Assembly: GCA_044449985.1 (NCBI GenBank)
Contig: JBIOIQ010000001.1
Span: 280-64,279, forward strand
Source of the DNA: Candidatus Saccharimonadia bacterium
GTDB lineage: Bacteria > Patescibacteriota > Saccharimonadia > UBA4664 > JBIOIQ01
DNA: 64,000 nucleotides
Reading direction: 5' to 3'
A program made the position numbers and the translations under genes. The notes beneath the pieces are model-generated. The model did no database searches and was not told where the DNA came from. It saw only the letters and a list, made by a program, of their open reading frames with translations. This document shows, in pieces, positions 50,695 to 59,037 of this stretch. Positions within the stretch are counted from its first letter, which is position 1. The number at the start of each line of letters is the position of its first letter.

Positions 50695-51630
50695 TTATAG
50701 TCTGAGCAAATGAAGACCCGCTGGAGCAATCCGCTGGTCTCGGATTGGCATGTGTGCGACATCCGACTGCACGTGCTCAATTTTGCCGTCACGCATGTAC
50801 ACAATGGATCGGCATTGTCGCGCTACTTCGGGGTTATGGGTCACAATAATAAAGGTTTGTCCTTGCTGATTAAGTTCGTGAATCAGGTGCATAACCTCAT
50901 CTGTCATTTTCGAATCAAGTTCGCCGGTCAGTTCATCCGCCAATATAATCGAAGGGTGGTTAACGATCGAACGAGCAATGGCAACCCGCTGCTGCTGACC
51001 ACCAGATAATTCATTTGGCTTGTGATCGAAGCGGTCCGCCAAACCAACTTGTGCAAGAGCTTTCTTTGCCATTTGTCGTTGACGTTTTTTTGATAATCCA
51101 GCGTAACGAAGCGGCAACATTACATTCTCTAATGCGGTGAGTGTCGTTATTAAATTAAAGGACTGAAATACGAACCCTAGTTGAGAAGACCTCACCTTTG
51201 GTAAATCTCGGCGTTTAATTCTGGTAATGTTTAATCCGCCAATGAATAGACTGCCTGAAGTTGGCTCATCAAGTAAACCCAACATATTAAGCAGAGTCGA
51301 CTTCCCGCTCCCAGAAGGCCCCATGATGGCGATTAATTCACCTTTGGTAATTGCTAAATCGACACCGTTTAAGGCGTGAACTACTACACCTCGATCTTTA
51401 GGACGAGATTTTAAGTGTTTGCCGGTAATCGCTTCATAACTGTCTTCATAACGTTCCTCGGCAAATAATTGCTGTGCTCGACGTAATAATTCATCATCAT
51501 GTTCCGAGCCACCACTTTCCAGCCGCTTATGTAGTTTATGGATGGCTTTTTGCGCTTTGGTGGCATTTTTGTGATTGCCAATCACGTACGTTTTGGTCAA
51601 ATTGTTTACCCTTAAGATTACATCTTCCAT
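50695..51630 (-). CDS. ABC transporter ATP-binding protein (MacB-type) with N-terminal extension
   Basis: Walker A (GPSGSGKST), signature (LSGGQQQRVAIARSI) and Walker B (ILADELT), preceded by an N-terminal extension of about 70 aa. Confidence 0.85.
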   Translation of the reverse strand: MEDVILRVNNLTKTYVIGNHKNATKAQKAIHKLHKRLESGGSEHDDELLRRAQQLFAEERYEDSYEAITGKHLKSRPKDRGVVVHALNGVDLAITKGELIAIMGPSGSGKSTLLNMLGLLDEPTSGSLFIGGLNITRIKRRDLPKVRSSQLGFVFQSFNLITTLTALENVMLPLRYAGLSKKRQRQMAKKALAQVGLADRFDHKPNELSGGQQQRVAIARSIVNHPSIILADELTGELDSKMTDEVMHLIHELNQQGQTFIIVTHNPEVARQCRSIVYMRDGKIEHVQSDVAHMPIRDQRIAPAGLHLLRL

Positions 51631-51632
51631 GA

Positions 51633-52799
51633 CTATGCCTCCCTAAGAGCTTTTACGATATTGACCCGTACGGCATAATAGGAGGGATAAATTCCAGCAA
51701 TCACGCCCAGCACGGCCGAAAAAATGATCGCAAAAATTGAGATTCTCGCAGTTAATAGAAAAATAATGTTCCCGGATTGACCCATAAAGTGATTAAGTGT
51801 TAGTACTACAGCCGCTCCAATTGCCCAGCCAATTAAACCACCGAATAAACCTATCAAGCCCGCCTCCATCAGGTATTCACTCATGATATTGCGAGTTTTG
51901 GCTCCCACGGCTTTTTTGATACCAATTTCCCTAATACGTTCCGAAATCGACATAGTCATGGTATTTATTACACTGAGGCCACCAACTAGTAACGAGATTA
52001 AGGCGATGCCAAACAAAATTGCATTAAAAATTCCCGTTGCAGCAGCAACTTGGTCCTGAAACGCTTTAGGCCCACTGGCGTTCACGTCTTTGACCTGAGC
52101 ATTTATTTTTTTGGCGAGCTCATTCGGATCTACTCCAGAATTTGGATAGACGGTAAAACCATTCACAATAGTGCTCGCTTGAGTTTGCTGCTTAATAATT
52201 GGAGGCAATGATGCATACATCAATTTCTGCGCATCGGGTAATGTCATCCAGACTTCGTTATCTGGAGCCGTTAAAGTTTTACCGATGATTCCGACTACTT
52301 TATAAGCATAGCCCTTGATCGTTACAGTACCCCCCACCTTGGCTTTTAATTTGTTTACTAGATCAGCCCCAACTACTACTGCTTGGCTATCACCTGGGCG
52401 TAAGGCTCGCCCCTGACTATAGGTTATTTTGAAGGTTTCGTATTGGGAGCCAGCAAAATCTGTTCCGACAATTGTATCGGGAGGCCCGAAGCTTATGCTC
52501 GTGCCGGAATCGTTAAGTAAAGTGAGTACCGTTGCTGAAACGGCTTTGACACCTTCGACTTTTTGGATTTCTGCCAGTTTAGAAATATTCATAGGTGTCG
52601 GCATGCTGGTGAGCGAAGACCCGGCGGCTTGAATAGTAACTTTATCTGAATAATACTTTGTACCCCCATTTACCAATAAGCTGATTTTCTCAGCCATTGA
52701 GCCCATAACAACAAATGCAAAAATCCCAATGGTAATTCCAAAAATGGTCAAAAGTGTTCGCGTACGACGACGAAACAAGTTTTTGATAATCTCGTTCAT
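51633..52799 (-). CDS. ABC transporter permease, FtsX/MacB-like
   Basis: 388 aa with an N-terminal TM helix, a periplasmic domain and a C-terminal 3-TM FtsX bundle. It sits 2 nt upstream of the ATPase. Confidence 0.8.
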   Translation of the reverse strand: MNEIIKNLFRRRTRTLLTIFGITIGIFAFVVMGSMAEKISLLVNGGTKYYSDKVTIQAAGSSLTSMPTPMNISKLAEIQKVEGVKAVSATVLTLLNDSGTSISFGPPDTIVGTDFAGSQYETFKITYSQGRALRPGDSQAVVVGADLVNKLKAKVGGTVTIKGYAYKVVGIIGKTLTAPDNEVWMTLPDAQKLMYASLPPIIKQQTQASTIVNGFTVYPNSGVDPNELAKKINAQVKDVNASGPKAFQDQVAAATGIFNAILFGIALISLLVGGLSVINTMTMSISERIREIGIKKAVGAKTRNIMSEYLMEAGLIGLFGGLIGWAIGAAVVLTLNHFMGQSGNIIFLLTARISIFAIIFSAVLGVIAGIYPSYYAVRVNIVKALREA

Positions 52800-53027
52800 T
52801 GCAGATACTCTTTCTGCTTTTAACCCTAATTCAGGAATAGAAATCCGACAGTGACGCGAATCACTTAACTTAGAAAGACTCTTCGAATGTGGGGGATCAT
52901 AAAAGAAATACTATGAAATTGAAGAATCCCTGATGAAGCGAGCTATCCTACAATTTTCTAACTGATGCTTATCGGACGATTATCGGCCTGGTAAATCGAA
53001 TTGAGTTTCGCACTATATCTCGCTAAA

Positions 53028-53753
53028 CTACTTTTTAACCTGAAAGATCATCGCATCGCACTCGATTTCGGCTGCCGTAATTCCGCATAACAAACTTTCC
53101 GGGTCAACTTGTGTTAAACCATTCCAAGGGTCAGCCAAGAGGTAATCTTCGGCTTCATTTCGGCCATAAATGACCAGGCTATGTGTACCGACGTGGCCAT
53201 GAACATCATCTAACTGTTCTTGCCGGAGAGCTGGATAAGACATTCGCCCGGTATTATAGAGTGGTTTGGTGCAGACATTAGCGTAAACTGGACCCTTCTC
53301 AAGAAGTTTATTGATGAGCTCAGTGGTCACATGTGGTCGAATATTCATTTGGCCACCTGCCTCAAAAAACTCAATATACCTTTGAATATAAACTTTGGTC
53401 CATTTTCCGAGTGACGGTATTTCACGAACATTCTCGATAGCTTTAAGTCGAAAGATAATTTCTGAAGGTGAAAGTTTTTGCCATGATAGATCGATAATTA
53501 AAAAATCGAACATCCATAATTCAACTTCAAAACCCCGCTCTATGCACCAAGTGGCCAATTGAGCCGTAACGCTTCCCCAAGCTTCTTCGCCATCCACTAT
53601 ATTTTTTGGTGCATTTTTAAGTAGTTGATCTGGTGTAACTTCAAGACCATAACTTGATACCAACATTGAGAGTGCAGCATACCCACAACTGTCATTCGTG
53701 GGTTGATAATAATGTTTTATTGTGTGCTCGATAGCTTTCATTGGTGCAATCAT
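53028..53753 (-). CDS. Standalone papain-like cysteine peptidase, C39-like domain
   Basis: Shows the Q...N-D-S-C-G-Y-A-A-L pattern (catalytic Gln/Cys of C39) and a downstream His (HSLVIYG). It is not fused to an ABC transporter. Confidence 0.55.
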   Translation of the reverse strand: MIAPMKAIEHTIKHYYQPTNDSCGYAALSMLVSSYGLEVTPDQLLKNAPKNIVDGEEAWGSVTAQLATWCIERGFEVELWMFDFLIIDLSWQKLSPSEIIFRLKAIENVREIPSLGKWTKVYIQRYIEFFEAGGQMNIRPHVTTELINKLLEKGPVYANVCTKPLYNTGRMSYPALRQEQLDDVHGHVGTHSLVIYGRNEAEDYLLADPWNGLTQVDPESLLCGITAAEIECDAMIFQVKK

Positions 53754-53969
53754 ATCAAAAAAGCCTCTCAGGGGAGTTATTTCTTAAATACTACGTTTTT
53801 GGTCTTTATAATTTGACTGTACTAAGCCATGATTAGTGTGAAAGCCGTGTAGTGTGCGACATTAAAACTATTTTTTTAATCGCTAAACGATCAGCTCATT
53901 AAGTATTGAGCTGCAAAAAGTACTTTGTTTGATATTCCGGTTGTTAACGCCGGTATAGAATTGGGCTAA

Positions 53970-54518
53970 TTAACGTCGCTTAGCAGCAATTCCGGAGTGA
54001 AGAAATCCGACTCCGGAAAGTACGAGTAGTATGAGCCCGGAAACTAGTGCTCCGATGCCAGCATAGTAGGCAGCAAGTGCCATTGTATCGAAAGCGTATG
54101 CATTAAGTAGAAGTCCACGCAAGGTCTCGCCCTGGAAGACTGTTTGGACTTGTTTTGCTAGTGCTTGGTTCGTAGGATTAGCGAGTGCTACGGAGCTTAG
54201 CTGTGCATATGTCTTGCCACCACCTATTTCGACAAGATGCACAGCAATAAAGTGGTTGGCCCACGTTTCAGCTTGAGCACCAGTTTCGAGTTGTTCGCCA
54301 GCATATTGCTGCATCACTGTCCGATCGGATGCCGGTAAAGATGTTACAGCAGACGAGCCGTAGGCCGGAAAATAGATTTGCTGAGCCGATAACTGGGTTA
54401 CAACCTGGTTATGAATGAAGTTATGCGCCCAAAATAGTACTCCAGAAGCTGCAAGCAATACGATGGCGACAACTAGCCCAGCCGATGAAATAAGGCGATC
54501 TAGAGTTGCGCGATTCAT
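53970..54518 (-). CDS. Bitopic membrane protein with extracytoplasmic domain, hypothetical
   Basis: 182 aa with TM helices at both ends. Confidence 0.4.
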   Translation of the reverse strand: MNRATLDRLISSAGLVVAIVLLAASGVLFWAHNFIHNQVVTQLSAQQIYFPAYGSSAVTSLPASDRTVMQQYAGEQLETGAQAETWANHFIAVHLVEIGGGKTYAQLSSVALANPTNQALAKQVQTVFQGETLRGLLLNAYAFDTMALAAYYAGIGALVSGLILLVLSGVGFLHSGIAAKRR

Positions 54519-54585
54519 ATTAGTGTTCCTATTATTGGGCTTTATTATAGCACTACCATTTTAAGCTAGGCAAACAACAATAAAT

Positions 54586-54663
54586 TGGGGCGAGTGATGG
54601 GGGTCGAACCCACGACATCCAGTACCACAAACTGGCGCTCTAACCAACTGAGCTACACCCGCC
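54586..54663 (-). tRNA. tRNA-His (anticodon GTG) with genomically encoded G-1
   Basis: Acceptor GCGGGTG/CACTCGC, anticodon loop TTGTGGT, an extra 5' G opposite discriminator C73, and encoded CCA. Confidence 0.85.
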
Positions 54664-54767
54664 ATAATTTCTCGAATCTTGGAATAATGGTGGAGGCAAT
54701 TCCAATAAATTGGAACGGCCCCCGATCTGGTTTTCATGTTGATTATGAAAATCAGATCGGGAACAAT

Positions 54768-54844
54768 TGGCGCCCCGGGAGGGATTCGAACCCCCGACCA
54801 TTGGCTTAGAAGTCCACTGCTCTATCCAGCTGAGCTACCGGGGC
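54768..54844 (-). tRNA. tRNA-Arg-like (anticodon TCT) with non-canonical anticodon stem
   Basis: The acceptor, D-arm, CTTCTAA anticodon loop, T-arm GGGGG-TTCGAAT-CCCTC and CCA are all present. Only 3 of the 5 anticodon-stem pairs (GTGGA vs GCCAA) are Watson-Crick, and there is an extra 5' G. Confidence 0.6.
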
Positions 54845-54853
54845 CCGATATTT

Positions 54854-54928
54854 TGGAGCGGGTGGCGGGAATCGAACCCGCATCTCCAGCTTGGAAGGCT
54901 AGCATAATAACCGCTATACGACACCCGC
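54854..54928 (-). tRNA. tRNA-Gly (anticodon TCC)
   Basis: Acceptor GCGGGTG/CACCCGC, anticodon stem CTAGC/GCTGG, loop CTTCCAA, T-arm GCGGG-TTCGATT-CCCGC and encoded CCA. Confidence 0.8.
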
Positions 54929-55069
54929 AGAATTACAATCCAAAAAGTTCACCATTGAATGTGATACCTTATAAGTTTACAAACACAGCGCCTGAATGCA
55001 AACTTTCATATATTCGTTTCAATTAACTTATTCCGAAAGACCTACAGAAACTATTATTTAATTATTTTT

Positions 55070-55145
55070 TGGTCGGGGTGAAAGGACTTGAACCTTCGGC
55101 CTCCTGCTCCCAAAGCAGGCGCGCTACCAACTGCGCCACACCCCG
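55070..55145 (-). tRNA. tRNA-Pro (anticodon TGG)
   Basis: C1:G72 acceptor (CGGGGTG/CACCCCG) with discriminator A, anticodon stem CCTGC/GCAGG, loop TTTGGGA and encoded CCA. Confidence 0.85.
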
Positions 55146-55229
55146 AAATCAATAATCATTTATCGTACTTAAGATGTTTAATTCGTATTTAAACTACCAA
55201 TTAAACCTGATAATTATACAAGTTTGACC

Positions 55230-55727
55230 CAAATTGGTCAAATAAGTTTAGCGGCCCGCCAGGATCTTGGTCGTGGGTACAAGATCCGGCAGGCCGCCAC
55301 TCCCTTTATCGGACAGAGTAGGGTAAACCATCCCCTGCCCAGGCATGCCCTCTTCGGCTCATAAAAGGGAATAAATGAGTCGAGGTTATGTAAAAAGGTG
55401 TGGGCTAGGCGCCTCCTTTCGGATTTGTAGATTATGACAATCAGGCGTCTTGAGACTTTGCCTACTAGTCAGTGATCTTTGGGGGTCGAGAATCCCACAC
55501 TGCGAGATTCTCATTGATCTCCGGGAAGCCGTTACGTCGATCGACGTCCATGAAGAAGTGATCCGACGGGAGAGCTCTCCGAATTTTGCGCGACGATCGA
55601 ATTCCTCGCCCAGCTGAAGGTACACTGGCGGCAGTTATTGTGGCGGACTGGCTCAAGGTGGCATCTCCTTAACTCGTAATAGTCCGGTAAAGACACGTTT
55701 CTTTTGCTTACTACGTCACTGCACGTT
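55230..55727 (-). ncRNA. Candidate structured non-coding RNA or long tRNA-operon leader (GC-rich, unassigned family)
   Basis: About 500 nt with no credible ORF and GC content well above flanking DNA. A consensus -10 lies just upstream on the minus strand, and the region ends in a 17-bp imperfect hairpin at 55251-55297. I could not match RNase P, tmRNA or SRP motifs by eye. Confidence 0.3.
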
Positions 55728-55734
55728 ATCGGAA

Positions 55735-55770
55735 ATTATACACTCTTTAACAGATTTGCAACATAAAAAC
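55735..55770 (-). promoter_or_regulatory. Sigma-70-like promoter (minus strand): TTGCAA ... TATAAT
   Basis: Reading the minus strand there is a perfect TATAAT (plus 55735-55740) with TTGCAA 15 nt upstream (TGTTGC at 17 nt). It would drive transcription into the GC-rich region and the tRNA cluster. Confidence 0.4.
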
Positions 55771-55792
55771 CGCCAAACAATGACGGTTTAAA
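55764..55792 (-). terminator. Putative intrinsic terminator downstream of hup
   Basis: On the minus-strand RNA: AAACCG-UCAUUGUUUGG-CGGUUU followed by UUAUGUU. The 6-bp stem is weak. Confidence 0.4.
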
Positions 55793-55811
55793 ATGATAAT
55801 GAGTTCGGGCT

Positions 55812-56084
55812 TTATCGAACGATTTCTTTGAGGCGCTTGCCGGCTCGGAAACGAGGCATTGGCATTGCTGGAATCTGAATTTCTGCACCAGTTTGCGGGT
55901 TTACTCCGCGTCTCGCGGCCCGCTTACCAAGATCAAATGTCCCAAAACCTGTGACAGATACTTTACTACCTTCTTTAATAGTCCGCCCGACAATACCAAC
56001 AAAAGTTGATAAAACAGTTTCTACTTGTCTCTTCGATAACTGAGTTTCGTTCGCTAATGTTTCGATAAGTTCTTGCTTGGTCAT
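55812..56084 (-). CDS. hup: DNA-binding protein HU
   Basis: 90 aa with the HU/IHF signature GFGTF...R.ARRGVNPQTGAEIQIPA...F..GK.LK. Confidence 0.9.
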   Translation of the reverse strand: MTKQELIETLANETQLSKRQVETVLSTFVGIVGRTIKEGSKVSVTGFGTFDLGKRAARRGVNPQTGAEIQIPAMPMPRFRAGKRLKEIVR

Positions 56085-56218
56085 ACCCTACTTCTCCTTT
56101 GTATCAACTTATTCGCATTCTTTTAGCTTTTTGTAGCTAACAGTCATTCTAACTCAAGGCCTGGGAGCTCTGCAACGATAAGCATAATCACTCTTAATTT
56201 CAGAATGAATCCTTCCTG

Positions 56219-56800
56219 TTAGCTAAGTCTGCCGGAAAGTTCGAGCGCTTTAATTGCCGCAAGTGCGGATACCCAGGCATCGGTTCTTGGTTCGTGACGA
56301 TCCCCCATTTGCTTGTCCAATCGTTCTGCCACAAATTCCGTTCGAATTGCCAGAGGTTTTACCCCAATTTGAATGAGTAGAGACGATACATCAAGCAGTG
56401 GAAAAGGATGATCCCAATACCGATCTTCCAAATCGTCTTGCTGGCAAGTTATCAGAAACCTTGCTTCAACTGGATACCCATTATCGACCAAGACGTAATC
56501 AGCTCTCTCTTTGGCAATCCGGAACCATGACCAAAAACCGTTGCGCATATCTTTTGCACTCTTATAATCTTCAGGCACATTTTTCATCGGCGGCAGGACA
56601 TTTTTCTTCACCCAAGGATCAAGCTTGCCGGTTATGGGACTGCGGCCTAAAAAATCGTCAAGTTTAGTATTATCAGCTCGAAGCAGCACAGCGCCAACTG
56701 CAAAGGCGTCTCCTTGTAAACCATTACTTTCGACATCAATTGAGAGAAAGATAGTATCGCGAGTAATCTCTGGCGCTGGCTGATTAAGGTTTCGTTTCAT
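56219..56800 (-). CDS. DEDDh-type 3'-5' exonuclease domain protein
   Basis: Exo I-like motif LSIDVESNGL and a C-terminal H...D (HEPRTDAWV). It lies immediately downstream of rny, about 24 nt away. Confidence 0.5.
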   Translation of the reverse strand: MKRNLNQPAPEITRDTIFLSIDVESNGLQGDAFAVGAVLLRADNTKLDDFLGRSPITGKLDPWVKKNVLPPMKNVPEDYKSAKDMRNGFWSWFRIAKERADYVLVDNGYPVEARFLITCQQDDLEDRYWDHPFPLLDVSSLLIQIGVKPLAIRTEFVAERLDKQMGDRHEPRTDAWVSALAAIKALELSGRLS

Positions 56801-56824
56801 GGCAAAGATATCTTTCGTTTGAGC

Positions 56825-58342
56825 TTATTTTGCGAACTCGATGGCTCTAGTTTCGCGGATGACATTGACTTTTATAGTGCCCGGATATTTTAAGGTCGCT
56901 TCGATTTTAGTGGCCATGTCACGAGCGAGTTTTATGGCAGATAAGTCATCGACTTGCTCAGGCTCAACTATTATCCGGATCTCTCGTCCGGCTGAAATAG
57001 CATAGGCTTTGGTGATTCCCGGGAATGTCATAGCAATATTTTCAAGCTCGGTCATACGTTTGGCGTAGTTCTCGAGTGTGTCGCCCCTAGCACCCGGTCG
57101 ACCAGCTGACAAAGCGTCAACGACTCTGACAACCAAAGCTTCGACCGTGGTTGCTTCCATATCATCATGATGAGCTTCAGCCGCATGGGCAATTGCTTCA
57201 TCCATCCCGTATTTTCTGATAAGCATTCCAGAAATATGATGATGATTTCCTTCAATTTCATGGGTCATGGCTTTACCAATATCGTGCAAGAGCGCGGCAG
57301 TTTTACAAATTCTCACGTCAGCACCGAGCTCTGCTGCAATCATTCCGGCAAGATTTGCCATTTCTACCGAATGTTTTAATACATTTTGACTAAATGACGT
57401 TCGAAACTTTAGTTGACCAATTAATTGCACCAGTTCAGCAGGAATCCCGACTACCCCAACTTCCTTAACCGCTTGCTCGCCCGCCTCTTTCACCATTTTC
57501 TCGACTTCTTCTTGGGCTTTTTCGACGACTTCTTCGATTCTTGCCGGATGCACCCGACCGTCCGCAAGCAGTTTCTCAATCGCAACTCGAGCAATTTGAC
57601 GACGAACCGGATCAAAACTCGATAACACAATGACCCCTGGGGTATCATCAATTAAAACGTCAACTCCAGTTGCTCGCTCAATAGCTTGGATATTGCGCCC
57701 TTCTTTCCCGATGATACGACCCTTCATTTCATCACTTGGAATGGCAACTGTCGTAACAGTTCGTTCACTGGTCTGGTCCGAAGCTACTCTTTCCATGGCC
57801 GTGGCAACGATCCAGCGCGCCTGCTCATCAGCGGTTTCTTTTGCGTCGTCTTTGAGCTTATCGATTAAACCGACGAGATCGGTTTTAATATCTCGCTCGG
57901 TCATTTGCATCAATTTTTCTTTCGCTTCGTCGCGGGAAAGTTTGGCGATTTTCTCTAAATTTTCTTGCTGCTTTGTCCGAATAACTCGAATTTCATTTTT
58001 AAAATCTTCGAGTTCCGTCTCGCTTTTGCGCAAATTTTCACTGCGCTTATCCAGCTCTTCGAGTTTACGATCCAGGGTCGTTTCTCGAGAACTCAATCGA
58101 TTTTCAATTTCGCTGAGTTGCTTACGTCGCTCACTTTCTTCACGTTTAGATTCTTCGCTAGTTTTTAAAGCTTGGGTTTTCGCTTCTAATACGATTTCTT
58201 TAGCTTTAGATTCGGATTCCGACAAAATTTTGCTGGCTTTCGCATCGGCCGAATTGGTTTTTCGTTTACTAGCGTACGAACTGGCGCCAAAGCCAGTCCC
58301 GCCCCCGAGTACAAGAGCTAGGATTGCCACAACAGGAGTCAT
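56825..58342 (-). CDS. rny: Ribonuclease Y (N-terminal TM + coiled coil, KH domain, HD domain)
   Basis: KH motif IIGKEGRNIQAIERATGVDVLIDDTPG and HD motif LLHDIGKA...HH, with an N-terminal membrane anchor. Confidence 0.9.
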   Translation of the reverse strand: MTPVVAILALVLGGGTGFGASSYASKRKTNSADAKASKILSESESKAKEIVLEAKTQALKTSEESKREESERRKQLSEIENRLSSRETTLDRKLEELDKRSENLRKSETELEDFKNEIRVIRTKQQENLEKIAKLSRDEAKEKLMQMTERDIKTDLVGLIDKLKDDAKETADEQARWIVATAMERVASDQTSERTVTTVAIPSDEMKGRIIGKEGRNIQAIERATGVDVLIDDTPGVIVLSSFDPVRRQIARVAIEKLLADGRVHPARIEEVVEKAQEEVEKMVKEAGEQAVKEVGVVGIPAELVQLIGQLKFRTSFSQNVLKHSVEMANLAGMIAAELGADVRICKTAALLHDIGKAMTHEIEGNHHHISGMLIRKYGMDEAIAHAAEAHHDDMEATTVEALVVRVVDALSAGRPGARGDTLENYAKRMTELENIAMTFPGITKAYAISAGREIRIIVEPEQVDDLSAIKLARDMATKIEATLKYPGTIKVNVIRETRAIEFAK

Positions 58343-58616
58343 AATCCCTACTTTCTTAGAGCCAGTGAGTACGAACGGCCGTACTTCCTGGCTTATTTGT
58401 TGGACCTAGCTGTGGTGCTAAAAAAATTGATCGTGCAGTTTGAATCTGAAAGATAAAAAATAAAAAGTTGGATAAACTACTTTATATGATCTGGAATTTC
58501 AGTAATACAGTTCGGTCAACAAAAATATTGGTTAAATTACAAAGTAGTTTAATTGTGCCTTAAAGCCGTCCAATCGTCAAGGAACGCGCATAGTGCAAAA
58601 TTCCAAAAATATCAGC

Positions 58617-58645
58617 TTGACCGATCGAGCGTAAACCTATACGAT
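58617..58645 (+). promoter_or_regulatory. Sigma-70-like promoter TTGACC-N17-TACGAT (plus strand)
   Basis: A consensus-like -35 at 58617-58622 with a 17-nt spacer and a -10 (TACGAT) at 58640-58645. No annotated gene lies downstream before a plus-strand terminator. Confidence 0.4.
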
Positions 58646-58651
58646 CGCAGT

Positions 58652-59006
58652 ACCAACGCCGCGAAGATATTCCAACATATCCGGCCCGACTCAAAAAGCA
58701 GGTGATAGCTGTGGCTCAATGGCCACCGGCACTACACAATCTTCCAGTTTCGGAATGTCCAGATACACGGGTAAACGCGAACGGCTCACCGCAGTGTCAA
58801 AAATGTTTCGCGATTCTTCTACCCTGTCCGGTTGGACATCATTCGACTGCCAACTGTCGACACTGCGGAAGTCCTCCGACTGGGTATTACTGCCCGTCGC
58901 ACGGCGCATACTGGCAGCGCTAGAGCCAAAAGATTCCGACAGAATCAATCCAGATTGGGGCTTGGGTTTACTCGAAAAAGAGTAAGTCCAAGCCCCAGAA
59001 CTTTTT
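58652..59006 (+). ncRNA. Candidate ~350-nt plus-strand transcript (structured ncRNA or small protein), between tsaB and rny
   Basis: The region is bounded by the promoter above and a 9-bp GC stem terminator. It is GC-rich with overlapping ORFs in several frames on both strands (88 aa, 73 aa, 85 aa), none with family similarity. Confidence 0.3.
58957..59006 (+). terminator. Intrinsic terminator (long GC hairpin + T-run), plus strand
   Basis: GGGGCTTGG...CCAAGCCCC outer stem with inner TTACTC/GAGTAA, then AGAAC and TTTTTAATTTT. Confidence 0.55.
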
Positions 59007-59037
59007 AATTTTCAAAAGCAGTCAGTATTCTATAAAA

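Noticed and set aside
54585-55026. ORFs 54585-54809 (+) and 54736-55026 (+)
   Set aside because: They run through the tRNA-His, Arg and Gly genes, so the tRNA structures explain the sequence.
55465-55656. 63-aa minus-strand ORF starting at AAGGAG-ATG
   Set aside because: The Shine-Dalgarno abuts the ATG with zero spacing. The product is Arg-rich low complexity and lies within the GC-rich putative RNA region.
55600-55660. CTTGAGCCAGT similarity to a segment of E. coli RNase P RNA
   Set aside because: The 11-nt match falls at the wrong position relative to the putative 5' end, and no P4 or other universal RNase P motif could be aligned. It was treated as chance.
57630-58409. 259-aa plus-strand ORF
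   Set aside because: It is antisense within rny and Ser/Leu-rich low complexity. rny has clear KH/HD motifs on the minus strand.
58957-58996. Hairpin as the tsaB (minus strand) terminator
   Set aside because: No U-tract follows the stem on the minus-strand RNA, while the plus strand has a T-run. It was therefore assigned as a plus-strand terminator.
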